Shown in pieces: positions 1-10,319 of a DNA stretch of 60,856 nucleotides; position 1 is the stretch's first letter; each line of letters begins with the position of its first letter. Origin of the DNA: Candidatus Levybacteria bacterium RIFCSPHIGHO2_01_FULL_38_26 (GTDB taxonomy: Bacteria; Patescibacteriota; Microgenomatia; Levybacterales; UBA12049); assembly GCA_001782075.1 (NCBI GenBank), contig MFNO01000004.1:1-60856 (forward strand). Direction: 5' to 3'. The position numbers and the translations under genes are program-made. The notes beneath the pieces were generated by a model that was not told where the DNA came from, did no database searches, and worked only from the letters and a program-made list of their open reading frames with translations.

Positions 1-528
1 CAAGAGCAGGAGAATAAGCCAAGAGATAAAAACGAGCTTTTTGAAGTATTATCCAAAGATGAAGAGATCATGCTTCAGTCAGAAGAACTTTGGGAAAGTT
101 TAGAAAACTCCGAAAAAAACACACTTAAAAAGCTTATAAAAAATGAGAAGATTAGTCAGGAGGAGAGGGAAAGATCAAAATATTTGTGGGATACTGGTTT
201 CTTGCTTGAGGATAGTAGCAAGTCTACTATTTTTAGCCCACTTTTCGAGCATTATATAAAAGAAGCAGAGAAGAAATCATCAAATAACATAACCGAATTT
301 ACGAAAAAAGAGAACCTCCTTTTTAACTTTCTTAATTCGAATTTAAATACAGTCTGTGAACGCGAACAGATTATTGAGAAGGTTTGGTCTGAGGTTGAGG
401 CTTTGGGGGTTTCAGATTGGGCAATTGATAGATTGGTAGCCAGAGTAAGAAGTAAGCTTAAGCTTCAAAAAAACAATCTTGAAATTCAGACCGTTAGAAC
501 AAGAGGTTACAAGCTGGTTTCTTCATAA
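1..528 (+). CDS. Winged helix-turn-helix (OmpR/PhoB-type C-terminal domain) protein, 5'-partial
   Basis: Frame open from base 1; C-terminal REQIIEKVW...DWAIDRLVARVRSKL...IQTVRTRGYKL matches the trans_reg_C pattern. Confidence 0.75.
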   Translation, partial: QEQENKPRDKNELFEVLSKDEEIMLQSEELWESLENSEKNTLKKLIKNEKISQEERERSKYLWDTGFLLEDSSKSTIFSPLFEHYIKEAEKKSSNNITEFTKKENLLFNFLNSNLNTVCEREQIIEKVWSEVEALGVSDWAIDRLVARVRSKLKLQKNNLEIQTVRTRGYKLVSS

Positions 529-576
529 TAGGTGTCCTTCGGTTAAAAATCGGTAATTTATCGGGAAATATAATAT

Positions 577-3069
577 ATGGATAAAGTTTACAACCATAAA
601 GATGTTGAGGAGAGAATTTATAGCGAGTGGGAGAAAAAGGGATACTTTAAGCCTGAGATAAATCCAAAAGGAAAGCCATATTGCGTAATCTTGCCGCCTC
701 CAAACGCAAACGGCGCTCTTCATTTCGGCCACGCGATGTTTACAATTGAAGATATATTGATTCGTTATCATCGAATGCGTGGATTTTCCGCTCTTTGGCT
801 TCCTGGAACAGATCACGCGGGCATTGAGACTCAATTCGTTTTTGAGAAGAAGTTGAAAGCCGAAGGGAAGTCAAGACTGGATTTTGACCGCGATACTCTT
901 TATAAAATGATCAGAGAATACGTAGATGAGCATAGGGGAGGGATAGAGTCTCAACTGAAGCGTCTTGGATTCTCTCTTGATTGGAGCAGGGAAAAATACA
1001 CTCTTGATCCGGGTATTGTAAGGCTTGTCTATAAAACATTTAAAAAAATGCATGACGAGGGGCTTGTTTATAGGGGTTACAGACTGGTTAATTATTGCAC
1101 TTTTGATGGCACGAGTTTTTCTGATTTGGAAGTTGTTAATACAGAAGCAGAGGGTCTCCTTTACTATATTAAATTTCCTATAAAAACTGGAGGTTATATT
1201 ACCATCGCGACAACAAGACCAGAGACAATGGTTGGCGACGTGGCTGTGATGGTTAATCCAAAAGACAAGAGATATAAAGAATTTGTTGGAAAAACAGCAA
1301 TACTGCCTATGGTTGATAGAGAAATTCCCGTAATCGGGGATGAGTATGTAGATATGAAATTCGGCACAGGTGCCGTAAAGGTTACTCCTTCTCATGATTT
1401 TAATGATTTTGAAATAGCGAAGAGGCACAATCTTAACTTTCCTCCGATCATTGGAATGGATGGGAAAATGCAAAACGCGGGTGTTTTAGATGGTCTTTAT
1501 GTAAAGCAGGCAAGATTAAAAACTTTGGAAATTTTGAGAGAAAAAAACCTGCTTGAAAAAGAAGAAAAGCACAAGATGGTTTTAAGAACTTGTTATAAAT
1601 GTAAAAATGTTTTGGAGCCGCTGCCGCTTGAACAGTGGTTTGTAAAAGTGGACGGCTTGAGGAAAAAAGCGATAGATGTAATAAAGAAGGGAAAAATAAA
1701 AGCTTACCCCAAAAATTTTGAGAATCAGTATTTTCAATGGCTTGAAAATTTAGAGGATTGGAATATCTCAAGGCAGATTGTTTGGGGAATACGAATTCCT
1801 GCCTGGAAGTGCTCGCATTGTCATCGTGACAAAAACGAGTGGATTGTAACTGATGGTAGCAAACCTGAAAAATGTCCAAATTGTGGTTCAAAAAAACTAG
1901 AACAAGATACAGACACCTTTGACACGTGGTTTTCTTCAGCTCAATGGCCGTTTGCGACTTTAACGCCACTGACCATGGGATTCCATGAAGATGTGGTTCC
2001 TCAGGTGCTTAAAGGTAAAACAAAGACTTATAGATTAAGAGATTACGGATTTAAAGCAGGAGACAAGGTATTGTTTGAAAACACACAGTCTCAAAAACTA
2101 TTCGGTTATGGTGTTATAAAGCAAGTCGAAGAGACAACAGTTGAGAAGATTGACTACAAAGATAAAACTCATTTTAAAACTTATGAATCACTTGGCGAGC
2201 TCATTGTTGCATTTAAGCTTAGAAATCCAGATAAAATAGTGACCCCTCAATCTAAAGCCTACCTTTATACATACGAATCTCACCCATTAAAAGAATTAGA
2301 GAATTTTCCGAATGATTATAAAAAGTTTTATCCAACAGATGTTATGGAAACAGGTTATGACATCCTTAAAGCTTGGGTTTCGAGAATGGTTATGGTAGGA
2401 CTGTACATAACAGGTGATGTACCCTTTAAGCATATTCTATTGCATGGGCTCGTGAACGATCCTTATGGAAAAAAGATGAGTAAGTCAAAGGGGAATGTGA
2501 TAAATCCCTTGGAGCTGGTTGATAAGTATGGTGCAGATTCTGTTAGGTTTGCTTTGGTTTACGGAAACGCGACCGGAAATGATCAGAGTCTTTCTTTTCC
2601 AAAATTGGAAGCAGCAAGGAAATTTACCAATAAGTTGTGGAATATGGCAAGGTTTATTGACATGAAACGTAAAGATGTAATCCTGAACGAAGTGAAGGAT
2701 CTAGATTCTTCATCCGTCAGTCGACGGACTCAGAATGACATCCTAAGGGTAGTCCAGAATAAAAAAGATAAAGAGATGATTGAAGAAACACAAAAATTGG
2801 CGGAAGAAGTAACTCAAGATTTAGAAAAATATAATTTTAATTTCGCAGCGGAAAAATTGTATGAGTTTGCTTGGCACACATTTGCCGATAAATACATTGA
2901 AGACGTAAAAAATAGAATTGACGAAAATTCATTCTTAGTTCTTAGCTTTTTGTTCTTGGTTCAGCTTAAGCTTCTTCATCCATTCATGCCTTTTGTCACA
3001 GAAGAGATATATCAAAGGTTTAATTTTGGCAAATCTATTATGATAGATACGTGGCCCGCCTTCGCATAA
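577..3069 (+). CDS. valS: Valine--tRNA ligase, with an internal ASCH-like insertion and no C-terminal coiled-coil arm
   Basis: PPPNANGALHFGH (HIGH), GTDHAGIETQ, ATTRPET, DWNISRQ, KMSKS. Confidence 0.97.
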   Translation: MDKVYNHKDVEERIYSEWEKKGYFKPEINPKGKPYCVILPPPNANGALHFGHAMFTIEDILIRYHRMRGFSALWLPGTDHAGIETQFVFEKKLKAEGKSRLDFDRDTLYKMIREYVDEHRGGIESQLKRLGFSLDWSREKYTLDPGIVRLVYKTFKKMHDEGLVYRGYRLVNYCTFDGTSFSDLEVVNTEAEGLLYYIKFPIKTGGYITIATTRPETMVGDVAVMVNPKDKRYKEFVGKTAILPMVDREIPVIGDEYVDMKFGTGAVKVTPSHDFNDFEIAKRHNLNFPPIIGMDGKMQNAGVLDGLYVKQARLKTLEILREKNLLEKEEKHKMVLRTCYKCKNVLEPLPLEQWFVKVDGLRKKAIDVIKKGKIKAYPKNFENQYFQWLENLEDWNISRQIVWGIRIPAWKCSHCHRDKNEWIVTDGSKPEKCPNCGSKKLEQDTDTFDTWFSSAQWPFATLTPLTMGFHEDVVPQVLKGKTKTYRLRDYGFKAGDKVLFENTQSQKLFGYGVIKQVEETTVEKIDYKDKTHFKTYESLGELIVAFKLRNPDKIVTPQSKAYLYTYESHPLKELENFPNDYKKFYPTDVMETGYDILKAWVSRMVMVGLYITGDVPFKHILLHGLVNDPYGKKMSKSKGNVINPLELVDKYGADSVRFALVYGNATGNDQSLSFPKLEAARKFTNKLWNMARFIDMKRKDVILNEVKDLDSSSVSRRTQNDILRVVQNKKDKEMIEETQKLAEEVTQDLEKYNFNFAAEKLYEFAWHTFADKYIEDVKNRIDENSFLVLSFLFLVQLKLLHPFMPFVTEEIYQRFNFGKSIMIDTWPAFA
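2676..2740. repeat. TGTCAT...ATGACA-type palindromic element, in frame within valS
   Basis: tgtaatcctgaacgaagtgaaggatct...cagaatgaca, similar to the copy at 28291-28356. Confidence 0.85.
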
Positions 3070-3094
3070 AGCTTGTGTAGGGCAAGCCGTATTT

Positions 3095-3541
3095 ATGAAA
3101 AAGAAGGTTTATAAAAAAGTCGCACCGAAATTGCGTTTTTTTACAAAAAAAAAGAAAGCTACTTCTGCTCAAAAAAACAAAAAAACCTTAGAATTCCCGA
3201 ATATTCTCCGAACTTTTACCGAAAAACATTTTTTCGCTCTTGTTATTTCGCTTTTTCTGTTAACTGCAGTAATTTTTTCCGGGTTTAATTTGTATAAAAG
3301 CAATAGTCAAAAACAGGAAGTAGACAAAGAAAGATGGGAGATAATAAAAGAGGTAACATTTTGGAAATCTGTTGTTGCTAAATACTCCGACTACAGAGAC
3401 GCATATTTTCAGCTTGCTATTTTACATTATAGATTGGGTGATTTTGTCTCGTCAAAATTTTACCTTGAAAAAACTTTGGATATAGATCCCAATTTTGAAA
3501 AGGGGAGGGAGCTGGAGAAGATATTAAAAAGCAAATATTAA
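3095..3541 (+). CDS. Membrane-anchored TPR-repeat protein
   Basis: One TM segment, then YRDAYFQLAILHYRLG...LDIDPNF TPR. Confidence 0.75.
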   Translation: MKKKVYKKVAPKLRFFTKKKKATSAQKNKKTLEFPNILRTFTEKHFFALVISLFLLTAVIFSGFNLYKSNSQKQEVDKERWEIIKEVTFWKSVVAKYSDYRDAYFQLAILHYRLGDFVSSKFYLEKTLDIDPNFEKGRELEKILKSKY

Positions 3542-3542
3542 A

Positions 3543-4289
3543 TTATTTCTGTGGTTTTACATCACCGCCAGCAGTTTTAGGGGCATCGCTGGGTTTTTCT
3601 TCTGTCTTTGTTTCGGTTGTTGCCTTTGCCGCTTCCCCAGGTGCTTCTGTTTTAGCGCCCTCAGGAGCTGCTGTACCTTCTACTTTGGCTTCTTCAGCTG
3701 CTTGTGCTTCGGCTGCTGCTTGTTCTTGCGCCTCTTTGCTGACCAGTTCTCCGATCTTAACAATTACCTGATCGGGGTCGGTTAGAATCTTTACGCCTTT
3801 TGGAGGAGTTATATCTTTGACTATAATTTGATCATCAACAGCAGCAAGTTTCTCTACGTTTACTTCAATATGCTCCGGAAGATCTTCTGGGAGGGCTTCG
3901 ACTTCAAGCTCTGAAAGGGGTTGAAGTATAAGTCCGACTTTGTCAGTTACCGCCTTCGCCTCACCTGCTATTTCAATAGGAACCATTGTCTTTACTTCTT
4001 CTTTAAGATTTACTTGAAAAAAATCTGCGTGTAGAGGATTGCGTAAATAATCGTACTGGACATTGTGTATGAGGGATGGCTTCGTTTCTCCATTTACAGC
4101 AACGTCAACAAGCCCTGTTTCGCCAACATCTTTAAATACATTTTCAAATTCTTTTTGCGGAAGCTGTACAGCAAGAGACTTAATATCCTTGCCATAGATA
4201 TTTGCAGGTAAAATTCCTTCGCGTCGAAGCTTTTTTACACTCTTTCCCAAAATTTTTCTTTTCTCAACTGTTACCTTTGGTCGCTTCAT
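3543..4289 (-). CDS. rplY: 50S ribosomal protein L25/CTC
   Basis: KKLRREGILPANIYG, LHADF, EVEALPEDLPEHIEV; acidic Ala-rich tail. Confidence 0.95.
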   Translation of the reverse strand: MKRPKVTVEKRKILGKSVKKLRREGILPANIYGKDIKSLAVQLPQKEFENVFKDVGETGLVDVAVNGETKPSLIHNVQYDYLRNPLHADFFQVNLKEEVKTMVPIEIAGEAKAVTDKVGLILQPLSELEVEALPEDLPEHIEVNVEKLAAVDDQIIVKDITPPKGVKILTDPDQVIVKIGELVSKEAQEQAAAEAQAAEEAKVEGTAAPEGAKTEAPGEAAKATTETKTEEKPSDAPKTAGGDVKPQK

Positions 4290-4344
4290 TCCTTGTTATT
4301 ATACAATATTTGAAATTAATGTACAATGTTGTAGCATATTTATC

Positions 4345-4872
4345 ATGAAGATTTTGGGGATTGATCCGGGGATTGCGAGGACGGGGTGGGGTGTAATAGA
4401 ATATCAAAAATCAACCCTTCGACCCATTCGACAAGCTCAGGGCTCCGGGCAAGAGTTCAAAGTTCAAAGTTATGGATGTGTGGAGACACCTGCAGGCCTT
4501 GAAGTTGCGGAAAGGCTAAAGTACATTTATCATTCAGTAGAAAAAATTATTCAAGAATATATGCCTTCTGCGATAGCAGTTGAGGAGTTGTTTTTCAACA
4601 CAAATGCCAAAACAGCTTTTGTTGTGGGGCAGGCAAGAGGAGTTGTTTTGTTGGCAGCTGCCGAAAGAAATATTCCCATAGCAATTTACACGCCCCTGCA
4701 GGTAAAAATTGCAGTAAGTGGATACGGAAGAGCAGAGAAAAACCAAGTCGGAGCAATGGTCAAAATAATTCTTAAACTTAAAGAAATTCCAAAGCCCGAT
4801 GATGTTAGCGACGCACTTGCTGTTGCCTTAACTCACGCATTTTCCAGTAAATTCAGCAAGGCAATTGCCTAA
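4345..4872 (+). CDS. ruvC: Holliday junction resolvase RuvC
   Basis: ILGIDPG, AVEELFF, GQARGV, GYGRAEKNQV, DDVSDALAVA. Confidence 0.96.
   Translation: MKILGIDPGIARTGWGVIEYQKSTLRPIRQAQGSGQEFKVQSYGCVETPAGLEVAERLKYIYHSVEKIIQEYMPSAIAVEELFFNTNAKTAFVVGQARGVVLLAAAERNIPIAIYTPLQVKIAVSGYGRAEKNQVGAMVKIILKLKEIPKPDDVSDALAVALTHAFSSKFSKAIA
4401..4470. repeat. Nested TTCGAC hairpin inside a heptamer tract, in frame within ruvC
   Basis: atcaaaaatcaa-cccttcgac-ccattcgacaagctcagg-gctccgggc-aagagttcaaagttcaaag. Confidence 0.8.
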
Positions 4873-5303
4873 GATTTTTTCCAACCTCTGTCTTTTGATT
4901 TTCTTATTTCTTCAGTCTCGTCAGGTCTATTATAATCATCTTCCAGCCGATAAGTCGTGCCTATTTCTGGCGTTGAAACTTCCAAAATATCACAATCTGT
5001 TATTCCAGCCAAACGATGCCTTTGTCCTATTGCTGTCGTATATCCTTTGCCTAATTCGAGCTCTGTTTCTATTAGTTCTCCCTCTGGATTGTCCCAGATA
5101 ACTTTTCCGCGGCCTTTGACAAGCCACCAGCTTTCTGTTTTTTGGTCATGATACTGAAGCGACAATCTTTTGCCCGCCTCGATGTGCAGCAACTTTCCCA
5201 TATATGGTTGATATTCTGGCACAAAATGAATCTCATATCCCCAGGGTTTATCAACACGTTTTACAAAAGAAATGATTGAAGGGCTTTTTTTGCCAGCGTT
5301 CAT
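4869..5303 (-). CDS. Cupin protein (mannose-6-phosphate isomerase C-terminal-like)
   Basis: KPWG, RLSLQYH..KTESW, GQRHRL, LEVSTP, RLEDDYNR. Confidence 0.85.
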   Translation of the reverse strand: MNAGKKSPSIISFVKRVDKPWGYEIHFVPEYQPYMGKLLHIEAGKRLSLQYHDQKTESWWLVKGRGKVIWDNPEGELIETELELGKGYTTAIGQRHRLAGITDCDILEVSTPEIGTTYRLEDDYNRPDETEEIRKSKDRGWKKS

Positions 5304-5345
5304 TCAATCTATTTTAAATAATTCCTATGTTATAATCAAGACGAT

Positions 5346-5921
5346 ATGATTGGGTTTATTAGCGGTGAGGTTGTTGCTTATGATAATCCGCATGTTGTGG
5401 TTAATGTAGGAGGTGTTGGATACAGAGTTTTGGTCACAAGTAGTGTCTTATCTGCAATCTCTGTAGGTTCAAATTTGAAGCTTTTTACCCATACTCATGT
5501 CAGAGAAGACGCGATTCAGCTTTTCGGCTTTTTGGATTTATTGGATTTAAAGTTATTCGAAAAACTTATTAGTGTTTCTGGAATAGGACCTAAGACGGCA
5601 ATGGGCGTTTTTACCATAGGAAACAGAGAGGGAATTATTCAAGCAATTATAACAAATGACGTTTCTTTTTTTGTTGCAGTTCCTCGCTTGGGGCGCAAGA
5701 ACGCTCAAAAGATTATTATTGAGCTTAAGTCTAAATTTGGAAGCATTGAAGACCTGGATTTGTCAAAGACTGATGGAAAAGAAAACGGTGAAGTGATTAC
5801 AGCGCTTAAGCAGTTTGGATTTAGCAGTAGGGAAGCTTTAGAAGCGATAAAATCTATAAAAGCGGAGGGAAATAGTGTTGAGGAGAAGATAAAGCTGGCG
5901 CTTAAGGAATTAGGGAAATAA
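5346..5921 (+). CDS. ruvA: Holliday junction branch migration protein RuvA
   Basis: GGVGY, THVREDA, LISVSGIGPKTA, IIIELK. Confidence 0.96.
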   Translation: MIGFISGEVVAYDNPHVVVNVGGVGYRVLVTSSVLSAISVGSNLKLFTHTHVREDAIQLFGFLDLLDLKLFEKLISVSGIGPKTAMGVFTIGNREGIIQAIITNDVSFFVAVPRLGRKNAQKIIIELKSKFGSIEDLDLSKTDGKENGEVITALKQFGFSSREALEAIKSIKAEGNSVEEKIKLALKELGK

Positions 5922-5929
5922 TCTAACGG

Positions 5930-5999
5930 TGTCATGCTGAATTTATTTCAGCATCTTGAGTCCTGAAAAAGAAGATCCTGAAACAAGTTCAGGATGACA
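5930..5999. repeat. TGTCAT...ATGACA palindromic element between ruvA and ruvB
   Basis: Both arms identical to the murD copy at 30865-30943. Confidence 0.9.
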
Positions 6000-6002
6000 A
6001 TT

Positions 6003-7052
6003 ATGAAAGACGACCAAAAACAAAAGGCAAAAAGGGAAAAAGAGACTGACAGGACAAATCCCGAAGAAGAGATTCTATTTACTTCTCTAAGGGCCCAGGC
6101 TTGGGAGGAATTTCATGGGCAAAAACAAGTTAAAGAGTCTTTAAAAATTACAATTTCTGCTGCCAAAAAAAGAAAAGAGTCTATAGAGCATATTCTTTTG
6201 TATGGCCCTCCTGGTCTTGGCAAAACCACACTTTCTCATTTAATTGCCAAAGAAATGGGAAGCAACATAAGAGTTACCTCTGGTCCAGCGATTGAGCGGG
6301 CAGGCGATCTTGCTTCAATTCTGACCAATCTTGAAAAAGGAGACTTGCTTTTTATAGACGAGATTCACAGGCTTAACAAGGTAGTTGAGGAGACTCTTTA
6401 CCCGGCAATGGAGGATTATGCCTTAGATATTGTTCTTGGCAAGGGGCCCTCTGCCAGAACTCTTCGGCTGGACCTTGCTCAATTTACTATTATTGGAGCA
6501 ACAACAAGAATAGGACTTTTGTCAGCGCCGCTTCGGGACAGATTTGGCGTTGTTCACAGGCTCAATTTTTATACGCCGGAAGAGTTAGAGGGAATTATCA
6601 TTAGCGCATCCCGCAAGCTTTCAGTGCCTATTGACAAAGAGAGCATAGAAGAGCTTGCAAAAAGAGCACGGGGAACTCCGAGAATTGCTCTAAAACTTCT
6701 TAAACGTGCAAGAGATTTTGTTCAGGTTAAAGGAGAGGGGAAAATAACAAAGGATTTAGTCAGAGAAGCTTTAAAATTGCTGGAAGTTGATAATCTTGGG
6801 CTTGACAACTCTGACAGACGGTTTGTAAAAGCAATTATTGAAAAACACGGTGGAGGACCGGTAGGGGTCGAAACTATTGCCGCAAGTATTTCTGAGGATA
6901 TAGGAACTATAGAAGAGGTTGTCGAGCCATATTTACTTCAGATTGGGTTTTTGAAAAGAACCAATCGAGGTCGAGTCGCCACGAAAGCAGCATACGAACA
7001 TCTTGGACTGAAATTTATTGAGGAAAACAAAAACCAGCAGAAACTGTTGTAG
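6003..7052 (+). CDS. ruvB: Holliday junction helicase RuvB
   Basis: [34 protein letters not shown]; the alternative ATG at 5994 lies inside the repeat. Confidence 0.97.
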   Translation: MKDDQKQKAKREKETDRTNPEEEILFTSLRAQAWEEFHGQKQVKESLKITISAAKKRKESIEHILLYGPPGLGKTTLSHLIAKEMGSNIRVTSGPAIERAGDLASILTNLEKGDLLFIDEIHRLNKVVEETLYPAMEDYALDIVLGKGPSARTLRLDLAQFTIIGATTRIGLLSAPLRDRFGVVHRLNFYTPEELEGIIISASRKLSVPIDKESIEELAKRARGTPRIALKLLKRARDFVQVKGEGKITKDLVREALKLLEVDNLGLDNSDRRFVKAIIEKHGGGPVGVETIAASISEDIGTIEEVVEPYLLQIGFLKRTNRGRVATKAAYEHLGLKFIEENKNQQKLL

Positions 7053-7059
7053 GTAATTT

Positions 7060-9426
7060 TTAAAACCCAAGGTGGAAGATGTTTTGGAGGGCAGGCGTAA
7101 AGGTTATAACTACTTGAAGAATTATTATAACAAGCACGCCCCATACTAAGAACGGATTGTATTTAAACATTGATTTTCCCCTAACAATAAATGCAATACC
7201 CATATGAGTAAATATTAGCGCGTTAAATACAATGGTTCGGGCGAAAGTTTCAGATCCGCCTAAGGAGAGAATAAGAGAGAATAGGAAAATGAACAATGTT
7301 GAAAGCGCTAAGCCAACCCCAAGCACAAAAATGATCCTGTTTTTGGTTAGAATAGAGGTTTTGGGGTCTCGGGGCTTGTCTTTTATAAGATCAGTATCTT
7401 TGCTGTCGGACGCAAGCGCGAATGCGGGAAGACCATCGGTAACTAAATTTATCCACAATATTTGAGTAGGCAGCAGTGGACTAGGCAAGCCTAAAAGCAC
7501 AGCAAAAATTATCATGGCAAGTTCAGAAATATTGCCAGACAAAAGATAAGTAACTGCTTTTATGATATTATTGTAAATAATGCGTCCTTCTTCAATTGCC
7601 GCAACAAGCGTTGAAAAATTATCATCGGTAAGAACTATATCGCTTGCTTCTTTGGCAACATCAGTACCTGTCTGCCCCATAGCTACTCCTACATCAGCGC
7701 GTTTTAACGCCAGGGAATCATTTACACCGTCGCCCGTTACTCCTATTACATACCCTTTTTGTTTTAGTATATTTACAAGACGAAGCTTGTCTTCAGGTTT
7801 GCTTCTTGCATAAACTCGAGTTCGCTCTGCTATTTCTGATAATTCCTCATCGTTCATTTTTTCAAGTTCATCGCCCGTTACAACGTCTTCGTCCTTTTCC
7901 AGCAATCCGACGTCTTTTGCGATTGAAAGGGCGGTTTTTTCGTTATCGCCGGTAACCATAATCGTTGTAATTCCTGCTTGACGTGCTTTCTCAACAGCTT
8001 GTCTTGCTTCTTCCCGCGGGGGATCATATATGCCAACAAAACCCAAAAAAATTAGGTCTTTTTCCAGTTGGTCTCTTTTGACATGTCTTTCGTGTCGTTC
8101 GTGTTTCATACCAAATGCAATAACCCTGAGGCCTTTTGACGCATATTCTTCATATAGCTTTGTCATTTTGTTTTTTTCGTCTTCTTTAAGTTCGCTGTGT
8201 TTTAGAATTGATTCAGGAGCGCCGCGGACATAGACATATTTTTTATTCTTCTCTTCCCATAATGTTGTGATAGTCTTTTCATCGGGATCAAAAACAAACT
8301 CATCAACAATTTTTCCTCCGTCTTTTAAATCCATCAGATCTTTGACCTGGCTCTTGGCCCATAAAAGAAGCGCGCCATCAGTTTTGTCACCAACAATATC
8401 AAATGATTTAAGTTCGCCTTTTTGAATAAGAGAGGCTGTATTTCCTAAAACGCAAGCTCTAAGAAGAGGAGTAAAAAACTTTTTGTCTTTTATCCAGTGT
8501 TTTCTTACGCGCATTGAATTTTCCGTTAACGTTCCTGTTTTGTCAACCAGAAGAATTTGTACAGATCCAAGTGTTTCAACAGCATGCATTTTTCTGACAA
8601 TCGCGTTTTTCTTCGCCATTCTATTTGTTCCAATGGCAAGAGCAATTGTGACAACTGTTGGTAGACTCTGAGGAATGGCGGCAACAGCAATGCTTATTGC
8701 CAGAAGTATAAGTGGAAAAAGCTCTCTTTCTTGGTAAGCCCCGATTGGAATTATAAGAATTGCTGCGATAAGAACAATAATCGATAGTAATTTGCCAAGC
8801 GCGTCAAGCCTTTTTCTAAGGGGAGTTTTATCGGCAGATAAAGTAGAAAGAGTTTGGGCAATTTGCCCAAAACGAGTATTCATGCCTGTTTTTTCAATTG
8901 TCAGATGACCTTTTCCTTTTACAACAAGGGTGCCGCTAAACGCTTGGGCATTTTTTTCTTTTGCAACGGGCAGAGATTCTCCAGTAAGAATAGACTCATC
9001 AACTTCCAAGTCTTCGTTATGCAGGAATGTTCCGTCTGCCGGCATGCGGTCTCCTTCTGATAAAACTACAATATCACCGGGCACAATTTCTGAGGTTGGG
9101 ATTTGCACTTCGTTTCCATCTCTTAGAACCAGAGAAAGCGGCTTGACATAATCTTTGAGTTTTTCTAAGGATTTTTCAGCATTATATTCCTGAATGAAGC
9201 CAACGATGCCGTTGAGAAGAAGAACTGCAAGAATAAATGTTCCATCCAAAGAGTCGCCGATGAAAAATGAGAAACAGGCTGCTATAAATAGAATGCCGTT
9301 TAGAAACGTTGGAAATTGAGAGGCAAAAATTAATAATGGAGTATTATGAGACTTGGTGTAAATTTCGTTTTTTCCGTATTTAGTAAGCAATAGTGAAGCC
9401 TCTTGTGTAGACAGTCCTTTTTCCAT
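7060..9426 (-). CDS. Cation-transporting P-type ATPase (type II-like)
   Basis: TGES, DKTGTLT, DPPR, TGDN, GDGVND, WINLVTD. Confidence 0.93.
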   Translation of the reverse strand: MEKGLSTQEASLLLTKYGKNEIYTKSHNTPLLIFASQFPTFLNGILFIAACFSFFIGDSLDGTFILAVLLLNGIVGFIQEYNAEKSLEKLKDYVKPLSLVLRDGNEVQIPTSEIVPGDIVVLSEGDRMPADGTFLHNEDLEVDESILTGESLPVAKEKNAQAFSGTLVVKGKGHLTIEKTGMNTRFGQIAQTLSTLSADKTPLRKRLDALGKLLSIIVLIAAILIIPIGAYQERELFPLILLAISIAVAAIPQSLPTVVTIALAIGTNRMAKKNAIVRKMHAVETLGSVQILLVDKTGTLTENSMRVRKHWIKDKKFFTPLLRACVLGNTASLIQKGELKSFDIVGDKTDGALLLWAKSQVKDLMDLKDGGKIVDEFVFDPDEKTITTLWEEKNKKYVYVRGAPESILKHSELKEDEKNKMTKLYEEYASKGLRVIAFGMKHERHERHVKRDQLEKDLIFLGFVGIYDPPREEARQAVEKARQAGITTIMVTGDNEKTALSIAKDVGLLEKDEDVVTGDELEKMNDEELSEIAERTRVYARSKPEDKLRLVNILKQKGYVIGVTGDGVNDSLALKRADVGVAMGQTGTDVAKEASDIVLTDDNFSTLVAAIEEGRIIYNNIIKAVTYLLSGNISELAMIIFAVLLGLPSPLLPTQILWINLVTDGLPAFALASDSKDTDLIKDKPRDPKTSILTKNRIIFVLGVGLALSTLFIFLFSLILSLGGSETFARTIVFNALIFTHMGIAFIVRGKSMFKYNPFLVWGVLVIIILQVVITFTPALQNIFHLGF

Positions 9427-9446
9427 CGTTTTATTGTATCATTTTT

Positions 9447-10313
9447 TTATTTATTCATATTAAAGTCAAAGATTATTTTTGCAATTTTTGCAATTGCGTT
9501 TTTGGTTTCTTCTTCCCTGTTTCCAATATCTGAAGTCATTATTCCTACAAAAAACGCGTTATTGCTTTGTTCTACTATTCCAACGTCGTGGATAATGCCA
9601 ACAGCGTCTCCTGTTTTGTGGTACACAACGGTATCTTCTGGCAGAAGCTTGGGAATTCGATCCTCTATATCTGTATCTTTGAGAAAATCCAAAAGTTCGT
9701 TTGTCAGGGCTTTATTTGCAATTTCTCCGCTGTAAATCTTTTTAAAAAGAATATGCATATCAGTTAGTGTTGTTTTATTATTTTCCATGCTAGTTTGAGT
9801 TAATCCAAAATTCTCAATAACTTCATGGATGTTATCTGTCCCAATTTTTTGGGCAAGAATATGAGCGGCAGTATTGTCAGATTGTTCAAGGGTAAGCTTG
9901 GCTAGAGTTTTGAGAGAATAGCTTCTGCCTGGCTCTTCATAGCGAAGACTGCCTGTTCCGTAATCTTGTATATCATTTTCTTGGACTGTAATTTTCTCAT
10001 CAAGGTTTATTTTGTTTTGGGAAGCTAAATAGTACAAAGTTACAACAATAGGGACTTTATTAACAGATGCGGCAGTATGTATAAAATTTTCATTTATGCC
10101 AAAAGACAAGCGTCCATCATCAACGTTTGAAAAGTAGACAGAGTAGCTGCCCGTTTGCTGCCTGACGACTTCTTGAATTTGTTTTTTTAGAGCAGCAGAT
10201 TCATTTTTAGTGTTTAAAAAAAATGAAAACCGTGGTAAAAAAGTACTATTTCTTCCTATCAGAAGCATTAAGATGGTAAAAGTGATAATAGTAAATATTT
10301 TTCTTCTTGTCAT
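9447..10313 (-). CDS. Class A beta-lactamase-related serine hydrolase (probably cell-wall related)
   Basis: SxxK (ASVNK), SDN and HKTG motifs; N-terminal TM segment. Confidence 0.85.
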   Translation of the reverse strand: MTRRKIFTIITFTILMLLIGRNSTFLPRFSFFLNTKNESAALKKQIQEVVRQQTGSYSVYFSNVDDGRLSFGINENFIHTAASVNKVPIVVTLYYLASQNKINLDEKITVQENDIQDYGTGSLRYEEPGRSYSLKTLAKLTLEQSDNTAAHILAQKIGTDNIHEVIENFGLTQTSMENNKTTLTDMHILFKKIYSGEIANKALTNELLDFLKDTDIEDRIPKLLPEDTVVYHKTGDAVGIIHDVGIVEQSNNAFFVGIMTSDIGNREEETKNAIAKIAKIIFDFNMNK

Positions 10314-10319
10314 GGAAAT

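Noticed and set aside
9447-10313. Serine hydrolase as a true resistance beta-lactamase
   Set aside because: SxxK/SDN/KTG are present, but a class A omega-loop ExxLN motif is not evident; more likely a membrane-anchored cell-wall enzyme
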